Numbered from the stretch's first letter, positions 11,075 through 21,168 are shown. The stretch is 64,000 bases of DNA from a virus (IMGVR_UViG_3300025715_000014:1-64000); one strand, 5' to 3'. Notes: a model not told the origin generated them from the letters alone. Made by a program: numbers and translations.

Positions 11075-11929
11075 TCATTTAAAATAAACCAAATAATTTA
11101 TATTATTCTTTGTCATATAATATCCATCTTCATTCTCTTTTATGGTAAATTTATCTGGAACGATTTTCCATTCTTTTAATTTTTCAACAAATAACTCATC
11201 ATTCTTCTTATTGTTATCCTTGTTGTGTAATCGATTTCCGCCATCTGAATGCAAATGCCACATTATACCATTTGGATTAACTGAGAGTGTATATCCTTTT
11301 CTATATATTTCATAAGAAAAAACTGTATCCTCTCTATGACTGGCTGGTGAAAATTCTAACGGATAACTATTTACAATTTCTTTTCTAAAAATATAATTGC
11401 TATATAAGTGCTCAACTTTTTTGATTTTATTATCCTGTGCTCCACACATTTGTATATTGTAAGTAGCATAAATGTCTTCCATTTTATTATAAACATCATC
11501 TAAAACATTCTGTTGAATCGGCCTATTTAAAAATTCTTCATTTTCCAATATAAGACAAGATGTTGCTCCCACGTTATCATCAGATATAATATCTTTATAT
11601 AAAGTCTCTAATACTTTGTTATCCAATATATTATCATCATCAACTTTAAATACAAACTCTGTTTTTGTATTTTCAAGTGCTATTTGTATAGCATGAACCA
11701 ATCCCAATGATTTTCCAAAAAAATATGAAAATCTTATATTTTTCAATTTCAGTAGTTTCAGTATATTCTTATATATTGGAATATCGTAAAACTCTTTTTT
11801 TTCATTATCATCAACTAAAATAATCTCCTCGGGTAAGTATGTTTGATTTATAATAGACATTATACATAATGGTAATGTCGTGAGATGTCTCCCACGTGTG
11901 GCCAAGTTTATCGTCACTGGAACAATCAT
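11075..11929 (-). CDS. Glycosyltransferase family 2
   Basis: SIINQT.LPEEIILVDD, VFKVDDD (DxD), REDT. Confidence 0.8.
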   Translation of the reverse strand: MIVPVTINLATRGRHLTTLPLCIMSIINQTYLPEEIILVDDNEKKEFYDIPIYKNILKLLKLKNIRFSYFFGKSLGLVHAIQIALENTKTEFVFKVDDDNILDNKVLETLYKDIISDDNVGATSCLILENEEFLNRPIQQNVLDDVYNKMEDIYATYNIQMCGAQDNKIKKVEHLYSNYIFRKEIVNSYPLEFSPASHREDTVFSYEIYRKGYTLSVNPNGIMWHLHSDGGNRLHNKDNNKKNDELFVEKLKEWKIVPDKFTIKENEDGYYMTKNNINYLVYFK

Positions 11930-12472
11930 TTAATATTCTCCATTTTCACTTTTTTCTATTATATCTTTTCTCTTCAAAGCAACTATACCTTGACCACTTG
12001 ATATAACATCCACCTTATCATAATATTTTAAAACTTTTTGATAATCTTCTCTATTAAAATCGTGAATGAAAACTACGCAATTCTGGTTAATATAATCCGC
12101 AATAGAGCGAGCACAATATTTTCTGGCTCTACCATCAATCAAAACTTTTGTAAATTGTAAATTATTTTGTTTCGGAAATTCAATATAATCTTTAAATTGA
12201 GCATATCTACATGGGACTGGATTTGGAGTGTGAGCTGGTATGTGATATTGTTCAATATTTTTTATATCGAATAACTCAATGACTTTTTTTATCATATTAT
12301 ACCAATCAATATCATGCTCTATAGATATAACTTTTTTAACTAGTCCAGAGAAATAAAGTGTTCCATTTCCAGATCCCCATTCTAATAAAATATCATTCGG
12401 ATTTAAATATTTTTCTAAAAATGTATATTCATCTTTGTGCATCAAAGGTGTAAAAAATTCTAGACTATTCAT
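11930..12472 (-). CDS. Class I SAM-dependent methyltransferase-like protein
   Basis: LLEWGSGNGT, ISIEHD..W, VLIDGRAR, VFIHDF. Confidence 0.75.
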   Translation of the reverse strand: MNSLEFFTPLMHKDEYTFLEKYLNPNDILLEWGSGNGTLYFSGLVKKVISIEHDIDWYNMIKKVIELFDIKNIEQYHIPAHTPNPVPCRYAQFKDYIEFPKQNNLQFTKVLIDGRARKYCARSIADYINQNCVVFIHDFNREDYQKVLKYYDKVDVISSGQGIVALKRKDIIEKSENGEY

Positions 12473-14067
12473 ATTTTTTCGTAAATTTCTTTTATTTCAT
12501 TTACGACATCAACTGGATCAGGCAAATATTCCAGTATATCGTGACCTGTTGGAACAGTGTCTATTGTATCAGCTTGAAATTCAGTGTGTCTAATTTCTAA
12601 ATCATCTAACAACAATTTTTTATATAACGCTTTTGTTTTATAGTATTGAGAGCCTTTTCTATAAGGTAATATATGATCAGGATGTTTACAAGTTGGTATA
12701 GCCACTATCCAATTATCGAACGCCCCGGCTATATGTATGGGGGATGAATCATTTGTCAATAATATACTTCCCATAGATATCAAAGCTATCATCTCACCTA
12801 AAGATGTCAGATCTCTAAAATCAAATCCATTTTTAGGACATTCTATGTCGACATATCCTTGTTTTTCATCAATTGTTTTTCCTATTAAACAAACGAAATA
12901 TTTTTCAGATAATTTATCTACTACTTCTTGCCACCAAGACTTTGGAAATGTTTTACTTGACCACCACTTACCAGGATGAACCAATATCATCTTTCTATCT
13001 TCGCCCATTTTATCTTTTATCATATTATAGACATTATAAACATCTTCGACATCAACCTTTAATTTTATTGTTTTATCCATATGAGGTATCGTTCTTTTTA
13101 TCATAGACATAGAAGCAAAATCAGTTGGATGAAACAAAACATGTGATAATTTATGCTCAGAATGTTCGTCGTCTGGGCAAGTATATAATGTCAAAACAGC
13201 ATCTGGCAAACCTTTCCATTCTTCATAATCAAAGATTGGTATATCTAAATGCTCAAATAATCGTTTGAAATGTGTAACCAAATAAAAATTGGCATCTGGA
13301 TATATTTTTTGTGTATATCGAATAGCAGGCTCCGAACACAACTGATCTCCCATACCAGCACTTACAGATATTAAAATATTTCTTTTATATTTATAATCAG
13401 GATAATCGGTTATCCATTGTTGAATATCATTTTTTAAAACATTAAAGATTTGATCTCTTGGGGCGCCAGCATAATGAACTATATATGAATCCAAACGAGA
13501 TATTCCACAAAAATTATCTAAAATGTCCATGCGATTAAATTTCCAATCCAAATCAAACATATCAATTTTATCATTAACTATACGAAGATTGATATAAGGC
13601 TGATCGGTTTCAACATAATCTATGCCCCGTGGCATTTTAAACATTTGTTTGTGTCGGCGAGACAAAACCATAACTCCAGAATTATAAAATTTACCATTCC
13701 ATTTTTTCAACGGTTCTTTATAATATTTAGATGCTTGTTCTAAATATTCAGCTCTTGGAGTATAACGTCCTTCATTGAACATTCCCAATTTGCTTTCTGG
13801 TACAACATCAAAAAGATTTGGGCAATCTTCACGAATAATCAAATCAATGTCGAAGTATATTATTCTATGATATTTGTTCAATAAATCATGTATTAGAAAT
13901 TTATTCCATTTTTGAGTTATGAATTCTTTTTTATGCTCGGTTATATTTAAAAAATCTGATCCAATTTTGTTGGCATATTTTTTTAAAAAAGGTAGAGTAT
14001 AATTTGATATATCTTTATAATAATCACCTATACTTATAGTAAGGATCAAAGTATCTTTTTCTGACAT
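12469..14067 (-). CDS. Fused glycosyltransferase (GT8-like N-terminal, GT9-like C-terminal)
   Basis: YFDID, YNSGV, DQ, HYAG; then GMGD, HPG..W.SK, TNDSSPIHIAGAF. Confidence 0.8.
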   Translation of the reverse strand: MSEKDTLILTISIGDYYKDISNYTLPFLKKYANKIGSDFLNITEHKKEFITQKWNKFLIHDLLNKYHRIIYFDIDLIIREDCPNLFDVVPESKLGMFNEGRYTPRAEYLEQASKYYKEPLKKWNGKFYNSGVMVLSRRHKQMFKMPRGIDYVETDQPYINLRIVNDKIDMFDLDWKFNRMDILDNFCGISRLDSYIVHYAGAPRDQIFNVLKNDIQQWITDYPDYKYKRNILISVSAGMGDQLCSEPAIRYTQKIYPDANFYLVTHFKRLFEHLDIPIFDYEEWKGLPDAVLTLYTCPDDEHSEHKLSHVLFHPTDFASMSMIKRTIPHMDKTIKLKVDVEDVYNVYNMIKDKMGEDRKMILVHPGKWWSSKTFPKSWWQEVVDKLSEKYFVCLIGKTIDEKQGYVDIECPKNGFDFRDLTSLGEMIALISMGSILLTNDSSPIHIAGAFDNWIVAIPTCKHPDHILPYRKGSQYYKTKALYKKLLLDDLEIRHTEFQADTIDTVPTGHDILEYLPDPVDVVNEIKEIYEKI

Positions 14068-14132
14068 AGAAATTATTTTTTTTTTGAATTTATAAATTAA
14101 AAAAGAATAAAAGTTTTTTTATAATGAACTTC

Positions 14133-14483
14133 CAAAAAAAAAAAACTACGACATCTTTAGTATAGTTTGATGAATTTGACCGAAATTGACTTAAATTATT
14201 TAATATATACATTTAATTAAAATTAGTTTTTTAGTTCTTTGAAATATTGGTTCAATTGGTTCTACAACAGAGCCTTGAGTTGTAGGTAAAATCAATAAAG
14301 CATTTCGTCATTTTACTGACCCAATCCAGTTTCGATTAGGAACTTGCTGACGAACAAGTTTTTAGGTAGTTTAAATATGTTTTTAAAACATCTACTTTTG
14401 CTTCTATGAACGAGCCTCCTTAACTGGAGTTTTTGTAATCATTTACAAAGAAACTACGACATCTTTAGTGTCGTAGTAGTTCA
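14133..14483 (+). mobile_element. Non-coding miniature IS200/IS605-family element carrying an omega-RNA-like structured RNA
   Basis: Left end ctacgacatctttag..gatgaatttgac and right-end hairpin gaaactacgacatctttagtgtcgtagtagttca match the TnpB elements at 28787-30111 and 48575-49882; no ORF inside. Confidence 0.8.
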
Positions 14484-14589
14484 TTACGATCTTTATTTTT
14501 ATTTTCGCGTGTAAATATGGAAATTGACTTAGCTGGCCAAAAAACAAAAGAAGATTGCATTAATTGGATGAAAAGATTGGGATTTGAAG

Positions 14590-15138
14590 TTATTTAATTA
14601 AGAATTCGTTCACTTCATTTCTAGACAATATTCTGGAAAATTGTTTTGGTGGAATATCTTGCGTGTATAAAAGCTGACCACATATATACAAAGAATGTCT
14701 ATAATCTAAACTATTATAAATATATTTTATATTATTGTATATTTCTTCTTTATCATCAATTCCAATGCTATCCAATAATTCTTCGTAATCTAAATATTCT
14801 TCATATAATAAATCAATCATTTCATAATCATCTGGTTTCATATAATTGACATTTAGATTTCGAAAAGGTGTTTCAATAATATAATAGTTTTCTCTTTTTA
14901 CATCTAAAAAAGAATAATTACTCGCAGTATAAATTGAATTTGCTAAATATATACCCATTTCAAATTTATGTTGTTTTGAATATTTTGTCTCTAACCCATT
15001 CAACATAATTTCTTCTATAGTATCATCGCCAGTTAAATGATATAAATAATCAGGATTCTTATTGAATTTACTATCGATCCAGTTTTCATTCAAAAACTCT
15101 TTCATTGTAGTTTTAATATTATTTTTCAAACTCTTCAT
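14590..15138 (-). CDS. Putative ADP-ribosyltransferase/Tpt1-like fold protein
   Basis: YLYHLT...IM.NGL, GIYLANS, Y.QDIPP pattern; MKEFLNE leader-like segment near the N-terminus. Confidence 0.45.
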   Translation of the reverse strand: MKSLKNNIKTTMKEFLNENWIDSKFNKNPDYLYHLTGDDTIEEIMLNGLETKYSKQHKFEMGIYLANSIYTASNYSFLDVKRENYYIIETPFRNLNVNYMKPDDYEMIDLLYEEYLDYEELLDSIGIDDKEEIYNNIKYIYNSLDYRHSLYICGQLLYTQDIPPKQFSRILSRNEVNEFLIK

Positions 15139-15153
15139 ATATCTTTAAATATT

Positions 15154-15477
15154 TCATAATATCATATTTTTTATTTCATTTGGCAAATTTTCAAAAAGAT
15201 ACAATCTCCATCCAGATTTTTCGTCATGAATTTCAAATGTAGTGTTGCTGTTTATGATGGGATTTACACTCTCTATATATAATTCCTTTGCTAAGTATTC
15301 AGATACCCAATCAAAATTATTATATAAAATAATCTTACCTCTTTCATCTATTCTTTCTATTATATAACAAAGATCGGAACCACGTAATTTTATAACATCA
15401 TGTTTATGTTCACCAAAAAGCTCTTCGTCCGAAAGATCTTCGAAATTATATTGCTCGTATATCTTCAAATGTTTCAT
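15154..15477 (-). CDS. Leader-family small protein (paralogue of 18014 and 18346)
   Basis: MKHLKIYEQYNFEDLSDEELFG leader; YIIE..ILY.NF.W; LPNEIK end. Confidence 0.7.
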   Translation of the reverse strand: MKHLKIYEQYNFEDLSDEELFGEHKHDVIKLRGSDLCYIIERIDERGKIILYNNFDWVSEYLAKELYIESVNPIINSNTTFEIHDEKSGWRLYLFENLPNEIKNMIL

Positions 15478-16076
15478 TAAACCTCATTTATTTTCACTTT
15501 TCTTGTTCTCGCTATACTCTTTATTTCATCATCAGATAATATATTTTTGTATATATCTGTTTTGCTATCTATATTTTGTAACGTCCAGTCCTTTCCGGCA
15601 TTGGATGTGAGATAAATATAATTTTCACCATTATCAATAATTTCGATTGTTTTATTTGTGAGCATATCATAAAAATTTTTTATATTTTTATTTAGCTCAT
15701 ACATTTTTATCGAATTCCATTTATAATATTTTGATGGTTTACTTTGAATAACCATATATCTTGGCTCGGATATCTCAGGTACATCTTTATCAAAAATTAA
15801 GAAGAATTTCAGATCCAAATTATCTTCCAAAAAAGTTTCACATTCTCGAGTATATTCTATGTTTCCTTTTTTTAGATTTTTTTTATCTAATTTATGTAAA
15901 AATTCTTGGCTCCTAATCAAATCCTCGATATTATTGAATTTTTCAGAATTCACACCTATTTCATCCCCCATATAAACTCTTTTAGCCTTGACCTTATCCA
16001 ATATAGTATCCACTCTCGTTATATCTTTATCGAGAACATCACTCACAAATTGTTCGTATAATTTTAAATGTTTCAT
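15477..16076 (-). CDS. Leader-family hypothetical protein
   Basis: MKHLKLYEQF start; 199 aa ORF. Confidence 0.7.
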   Translation of the reverse strand: MKHLKLYEQFVSDVLDKDITRVDTILDKVKAKRVYMGDEIGVNSEKFNNIEDLIRSQEFLHKLDKKNLKKGNIEYTRECETFLEDNLDLKFFLIFDKDVPEISEPRYMVIQSKPSKYYKWNSIKMYELNKNIKNFYDMLTNKTIEIIDNGENYIYLTSNAGKDWTLQNIDSKTDIYKNILSDDEIKSIARTRKVKINEV

Positions 16077-16082
16077 ATTCCT

Positions 16083-16376
16083 TCAAATTATTTCAAAACA
16101 ATCTCTATAGACATAAAAATTATGACCAGGATAATCCAGGAAATATCTCGTTTCTCTATCAACATATGTGTCATCATCGATCCCTTTAATATAAAGTTCT
16201 CTTCCTATCATTTCTAACATACTGGAGCTCCAATGATTTTCATTCACATGTGCCCTTAATTCTGGTAAAACTAAGACCTTATCTCCCACTTTCGGCTCTT
16301 CTGGCTCTTCTCCAAAAAGCTCTTCGTCCGAAAAATCCTCGAAATCAAATTGCTCGTATAGTTTCAAGTGGTTCAT
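16083..16376 (-). CDS. Leader-family protein with KOW/SH3-like domain
   Basis: MNHLKLYEQFDFEDFSDEELFG then KVGDKVLV. Confidence 0.65.
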   Translation of the reverse strand: MNHLKLYEQFDFEDFSDEELFGEEPEEPKVGDKVLVLPELRAHVNENHWSSSMLEMIGRELYIKGIDDDTYVDRETRYFLDYPGHNFYVYRDCFEII

Positions 16377-17059
16377 ATATTCGAAATTATATTTCTTTTT
16401 TTACAATAATTCCTCAAATAATCTCTATATTCATTAGAAAATGAATTATTATAACAAGATAACCCTTTAAGATTTTTCAAGTTCTCTATTCCCTCAAGAC
16501 TGATGAGAGAATTATTAAAGCAATATAACTCTTCAAGATTTTCCAGGTTCTCTACTCCCTCAAGACTGGTCAGAGAATTATTAGAACAAGATAACACTTT
16601 AAGATTTATTAAGTTTTCTATTCCCTCGAGACTGGTGAGAGAATTATTATAACAATATAACACTTTAAGATTTATTAAGTTCTCTATTCCCTTGAGACTG
16701 ATGAGAGAATTATTATAACAATATAACTCTTCAAGATTTTCCAGGTTCTCTACTCCCTCAAGACTGGTCAGAGAATTATTAGAACAAGATAACACTTTAA
16801 GATTTATCAAGTTCTCTATTCCCTCGAAACTTGTTATATAATTCCTAGAACAATATAACTCTTTAAGATTTATCAGGTTCTCTATTCCATCAAGACTAAC
16901 GAGAGAATTATTATAACAATCAATTATCTTTATTGTCAGTGGATCTTTATTTCCATATTTATTATAGAACCAATCCACAAATGTATATTTTCTCGAAGTA
17001 TCTTCTCCCCAAGGATCATCCTCGAGTTCAAACTGCTCATATAATTTCACGTGTTTCAT
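16373..17059 (-). CDS. Leader-family leucine-rich repeat protein
   Basis: 22-aa LRR units (SLEGIENLINLKxLxCxNN); MKHVKLYEQF...DDPWGED leader. Confidence 0.85.
   Translation of the reverse strand: MKHVKLYEQFELEDDPWGEDTSRKYTFVDWFYNKYGNKDPLTIKIIDCYNNSLVSLDGIENLINLKELYCSRNYITSFEGIENLINLKVLSCSNNSLTSLEGVENLENLEELYCYNNSLISLKGIENLINLKVLYCYNNSLTSLEGIENLINLKVLSCSNNSLTSLEGVENLENLEELYCFNNSLISLEGIENLKNLKGLSCYNNSFSNEYRDYLRNYCKKRNIISNI
16480..16920 (-). repeat. 66-nt LRR-coding tandem repeat with a near-identical 198-nt duplication
   Basis: Segment near 16485 recurs near 16683. Confidence 0.8.
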
Positions 17060-17820
17060 ATCTCCTCTTCTTTTTTATCCGCTGATTCAAATCTCCATTT
17101 AAAATAAAAATAGTCATTTCCAGTTATAACATATCTCTTTTCTCCAATTTTCAAAGATATATAAGGATCGTTATTTTCATCCAAATTATAACCAAGAACT
17201 TCAACTATTTTATTTTCTTTCAAATAAAACCAACTCCCCATATTATCGTCTTTAATCTTATTGTTGTTTTTCAGATTTTTATAAAGTCCTGGTTCTGGAA
17301 TAAAAAAGTTATATAATTTCTTATAGAAGTATTGATTTAATTTCAAATAGTATTCCTTATCCATATAAGATGCCTCAGGATTAGAAAATAACTCAGATTC
17401 TAGTTTTGGTTTATTATAAGAAGAATTAAAATTGCGATAAACCCCAAAATATTCTTTTTCTAAAAATTCAAAGGATATATAAACATTTAGCTTCAAATTT
17501 TCATTCGGAAATATTCTCAAAATTTTCAAGTTCTTATATTCATCCAAGTCGAGTAAGAATCTGTCATTTTTTCTTGTAAATATATGATCATCCATCTCAC
17601 CGAAAACTTGTTTCGTTATTTGCATTAAACGATTCGTAGTCCCTGCATTGCGAGCATACATATCTAAAAAAGGATTAGTATCAGGCGAATATATGGATAA
17701 ACTCGGGTCATTGGCAAAACCATAGCCCGCTCCCAGCGTGGAAAAGGCATAATCCAACCCGAGTTGAAATTGATTGAACTCTGAACTTTCTAAGATATAT
17801 TCGTCAAATTTTATTATCAT
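17056..17820 (-). CDS. Hypothetical protein with leader MIIKFDEYILE
   Basis: 254 aa ORF, coupled with neighbours. Confidence 0.65.
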   Translation of the reverse strand: MIIKFDEYILESSEFNQFQLGLDYAFSTLGAGYGFANDPSLSIYSPDTNPFLDMYARNAGTTNRLMQITKQVFGEMDDHIFTRKNDRFLLDLDEYKNLKILRIFPNENLKLNVYISFEFLEKEYFGVYRNFNSSYNKPKLESELFSNPEASYMDKEYYLKLNQYFYKKLYNFFIPEPGLYKNLKNNNKIKDDNMGSWFYLKENKIVEVLGYNLDENNDPYISLKIGEKRYVITGNDYFYFKWRFESADKKEEEI

Positions 17821-18017
17821 TTAATATCTCATTTAATTTATTTTCTACATAATCAAATTCTTTATAACTGATCCTAAACAATTTTATGTTGTTTTCTTGA
17901 CAGTATATATCTTTTATTTGATCTCGCTTTTTAATGTTTTCCAATCCGTTTACCAAAAAGTTCTTCATCCGAGAGGTCTTCAAAATCATATTGCTCATAT
18001 AGTCTTAAATGTTTCAT
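17804..18017 (-). pseudogene. Leader module joined out of frame to a C-terminal remnant of a Vsr/DUF559-like endonuclease
   Basis: ATG at 18017 reads MKHLRLYEQYDFEDLSDEELFGKRIGKH*; another frame reads KKRDQIKDIYCQENNIKLFRISYKE. Confidence 0.6.
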
Positions 18018-18349
18018 TTTAATCTTTTTTTTATTTCTTCTGGTAAATCAATTTTCTTAAATTCTATCCATCTGCCATTATTATAAACATTGATGATTCC
18101 GTCATCTGGAACATCATTTATAGATGGAGAGTTTTCTCTATTCATAATTTCATTTAAATAATTTATATGACACCAGTTAAAATCTTTATATAGATACACC
18201 CTATTAATATCATATAATATTTTTTCAACTATATAATAATCATTGTCATTATAGAAAATTCCCATAGGATGTTCTTCCTCTTTTCCAAAAAGCTCCTCGT
18301 CCGATAGATCTTCAAAATCGTATTGTTCGTATAGTTTCAAACGCTTCAT
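18014..18349 (-). CDS. Leader-family small protein
   Basis: MKRLKLYEQYDFEDLSDEELFG; ends LPEEIKKRLK. Confidence 0.75.
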   Translation of the reverse strand: MKRLKLYEQYDFEDLSDEELFGKEEEHPMGIFYNDNDYYIVEKILYDINRVYLYKDFNWCHINYLNEIMNRENSPSINDVPDDGIINVYNNGRWIEFKKIDLPEEIKKRLK

Positions 18350-18690
18350 TTTAATCTTTTTTTTATTTCTTCTGGTAAATTTTCTTTTCTAACTTCGACC
18401 CAAGGATCACCATCTATTTTTCTTTCCTTGTCATAAATATTTATCAGCGAGTTTATTGGCACATCTTTTAATGAAATTAATCTATTTTTAAAATAATCAT
18501 ATTCCTCTATATCTATCCATTCATAATTATTATAAAGATATATCTTTCCATCTTCATGTGACATTTTTTCAACAATATAAAAATTACTCATTTTAATAAT
18601 ACACATGATTTCAGTTTCTTCTTTACCAAAAAGCTCCTCGTTCGAGAGATCCTCGAAATCATATTGTTCGTATATTTTCAAGTGTTTCAT
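18346..18690 (-). CDS. Leader-family small protein, tandem paralogue of 18014
   Basis: MKHLKIYEQYDFEDLSNEELFG; ends LPEEIKKRLK. Confidence 0.75.
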   Translation of the reverse strand: MKHLKIYEQYDFEDLSNEELFGKEETEIMCIIKMSNFYIVEKMSHEDGKIYLYNNYEWIDIEEYDYFKNRLISLKDVPINSLINIYDKERKIDGDPWVEVRKENLPEEIKKRLK

Positions 18691-19607
18691 ACTTTCTCAA
18701 AATTGTCTAATTTATAAATATTTGCACTCCAACCAGGTTCACTCACTGCTATACATTTCACATCTTCATTATTCACTCTAATAGTCATAATATTAGCGAC
18801 CGTAAAAATGCCACCTCTCCGCATATTTGTCTTCTCAAAAGCGTCCTTTGAATATCTAAAAAGAGCATCTTCTCTATTTACGAGTCTAACTTTATCTCCT
18901 ACTTTTATTTCTTCTTTGCCAAAGATCTCTTCTTCTGAGAGATCTTCAAAATCATATTGCTCGTAAACGTCATCTTCTTCCTCTATATCATTATCATCTT
19001 TTCTAGCCTCGCGCTCGATAAGTTGAATCTTTATTTTCTTAACAAGATCGTTTATCTTAACTGTTTCCTTTATTTCTCTAACTAAAACTGGTTCTTGATC
19101 CTCACCCATTTTTTTTCTATGAAAGTAGATATTTGCCACCCATAATATTACCGCATACTCATCTTTTGTCTTTAAAGTGGTCATTTTAACGTCTATTCTC
19201 AAAGATGAATTAACTGGATTATTAACTTTAATATGAGTTCTATAATAATTCTTTTTATCTGAATAAGGCTTCACCCAAAATAAAGTATCGTTCTCTGTAT
19301 CTTTTATCATCTTATTTAAGATCTCATCGTTTGTTAAAGTTTTTTTATCATTAATTTCTTTTCTTTTTTTATATTCTTCTTCTGATATAAAATATTTACT
19401 TTCTCGAGCATATCCATTGTTGTTAATACTCAATCTCCCTCCGACCACCCATATGTCGTATAAAGCATCAGCTGGAGGATAAGAAGAAACAACTTTATAT
19501 GGAACATCTTTATCCATCATACAATTTATACCGATTTGATCTCCAATAAAATATATCGTATCTCCAACTTCAAATTTTTTATTATTCCTAGATGGTATTG
19601 TTCCCAT
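18687..19607 (-). CDS. Hypothetical protein with an internal leader copy and KOW-like domains
   Basis: Internal YEQYDFEDLSEEEIFGKEE followed by KVGDKVRLV. Confidence 0.65.
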   Translation of the reverse strand: MGTIPSRNNKKFEVGDTIYFIGDQIGINCMMDKDVPYKVVSSYPPADALYDIWVVGGRLSINNNGYARESKYFISEEEYKKRKEINDKKTLTNDEILNKMIKDTENDTLFWVKPYSDKKNYYRTHIKVNNPVNSSLRIDVKMTTLKTKDEYAVILWVANIYFHRKKMGEDQEPVLVREIKETVKINDLVKKIKIQLIEREARKDDNDIEEEDDVYEQYDFEDLSEEEIFGKEEIKVGDKVRLVNREDALFRYSKDAFEKTNMRRGGIFTVANIMTIRVNNEDVKCIAVSEPGWSANIYKLDNFEKV

Positions 19608-19672
19608 TATTCTTTTGTGTTTTTATATTATATATTTAAAAATTCAAATCATTTTTTTAAATATATAGTATC

Positions 19673-20380
19673 ATGATTAAAAATTATGATGAATTTATTT
19701 TATGTGAAAAATTTACTTCAAGTAATTATGATTTGATATATGAAAAAAATGTATATTCTCAGTTTAGAGAATTGATCAAAAAAGTTTTGAAAGATTATGG
19801 GACACAACTCTATTTTGTTTTCACCTTTAATGCTGCCATAATAGCCTTATTGCCAATTATTAACGAAGTAATTTATAAATCCAACCACAATATACATGTC
19901 ACTAATCTTCAAATTGTTATGATTACTATATTCGCTATTGCTGAAATATTACATGTCAATAATGATGCGATTAGAGATATATTTTCAAAATTAAAAGACG
20001 AAGGTGTAGCTGAAATTATCAAAGATGTTAAAAATATTATTATAAATCTTGAGAATATCGTTAAAATCATATCAAGGACAATGGGAAAAACCATATCCTT
20101 TTTTACAGATATGGTAGGCTATGTCACTATGTTAATTCCAATAAATAATGCGATAACAGAAATAATAAATAGTGGACAATTAGAGCCAGATACTCTATCA
20201 AAAAAAATAGGAGGGCTTGGAATAGGATTGGGTATATTTGCTATAAAACATATTATCATAAGAATTTTTGATAAATTGGGTATAAATATTAAAAAAATAG
20301 AAAAAAAATTAGATGATTCGATAAAAAAAGAAATGAACATTTATCATAATATGAGAACTAAGGAAAAAATTCAAAAATAA
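19673..20380 (+). CDS. Hypothetical membrane-associated protein
   Basis: MIKNYDEFILCE start; several hydrophobic segments; AATATATA upstream. Confidence 0.6.
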   Translation: MIKNYDEFILCEKFTSSNYDLIYEKNVYSQFRELIKKVLKDYGTQLYFVFTFNAAIIALLPIINEVIYKSNHNIHVTNLQIVMITIFAIAEILHVNNDAIRDIFSKLKDEGVAEIIKDVKNIIINLENIVKIISRTMGKTISFFTDMVGYVTMLIPINNAITEIINSGQLEPDTLSKKIGGLGIGLGIFAIKHIIIRIFDKLGINIKKIEKKLDDSIKKEMNIYHNMRTKEKIQK

Positions 20381-20413
20381 TTTTTAATATATAGAATATT
20401 AATTACATTTGTA

Positions 20414-21154
20414 ATGAAAAAAAAAATAATAAAAATGATAAAAAAACTTATAATTACTCTATTTTTAATTGTAACTAGCATTTTTGGTTATGGTCAGGTG
20501 GTTTATCCTGGCGGGCAACCTTGTGCGACACATGTGCCAGAGTTTACATTCTACTATAGTAAACCTGTCACAAACAGTCAAGTATTGGGATCTCTGAACG
20601 CTTGTGACCCAGATATTAATCAAACATTAACATGGAGCATACCAGTTGGAAATTCTGGCAACTTATGGGGCATAACAAACGCAATACCAGGAAACATAAT
20701 AGTTAATGACGCAACAGCCATTAATGGGGGCACACAAACTACATATAACATCACAGTCAGAATAACGGACAATGGTTCAAATCCAGGTCCATTATACGCT
20801 GAATCAATAGTTCATTTAATTGAAACAAATGGAGCACCTGTTATTAACAATCAAACATTTATGGTAAATGAAAATTCGCCAAACGGAACAACAGTTGGCA
20901 CAGTTGTCGCAACAGATCCAAACAACCAACCATTAACATACAGTATTATATCAGGTAATAGTAATAATACATTTAGTATTAATCCAACAACTGGTGTAAT
21001 TTCAGTCCAAAATACATCAGCTTTAAATTATGAAGCTCAACCAGCTTATGCTTTAATAGTTCAAGTTATAGACACTGGAACTGCCCCGTTGAGTGCACAA
21101 GCAACAATCACAGTTACAGTTATAGATGTTAACGAACCACCAGTTATATACTAA
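20414..21154 (+). CDS. Secreted cadherin-domain protein
   Basis: Signal peptide; VNENSPNGT.VGTV.ATD, LNYE, V.VIDVNEPP cadherin motifs. Confidence 0.8.
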   Translation: MKKKIIKMIKKLIITLFLIVTSIFGYGQVVYPGGQPCATHVPEFTFYYSKPVTNSQVLGSLNACDPDINQTLTWSIPVGNSGNLWGITNAIPGNIIVNDATAINGGTQTTYNITVRITDNGSNPGPLYAESIVHLIETNGAPVINNQTFMVNENSPNGTTVGTVVATDPNNQPLTYSIISGNSNNTFSINPTTGVISVQNTSALNYEAQPAYALIVQVIDTGTAPLSAQATITVTVIDVNEPPVIY

Positions 21155-21168
21155 TCAAACCAATAAAG

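Noticed and set aside
14133..14483. IStron or group I intron
   Set aside because: Element ends in TTCA rather than G, no P7 core was recognised, and its 3' part matches the TnpB right-end scaffold.
15400..18980. Leader modules as CRISPR-like or DNA-level repeats
   Set aside because: Copies differ mainly at synonymous positions and sit at gene starts, so conservation is at the protein level.
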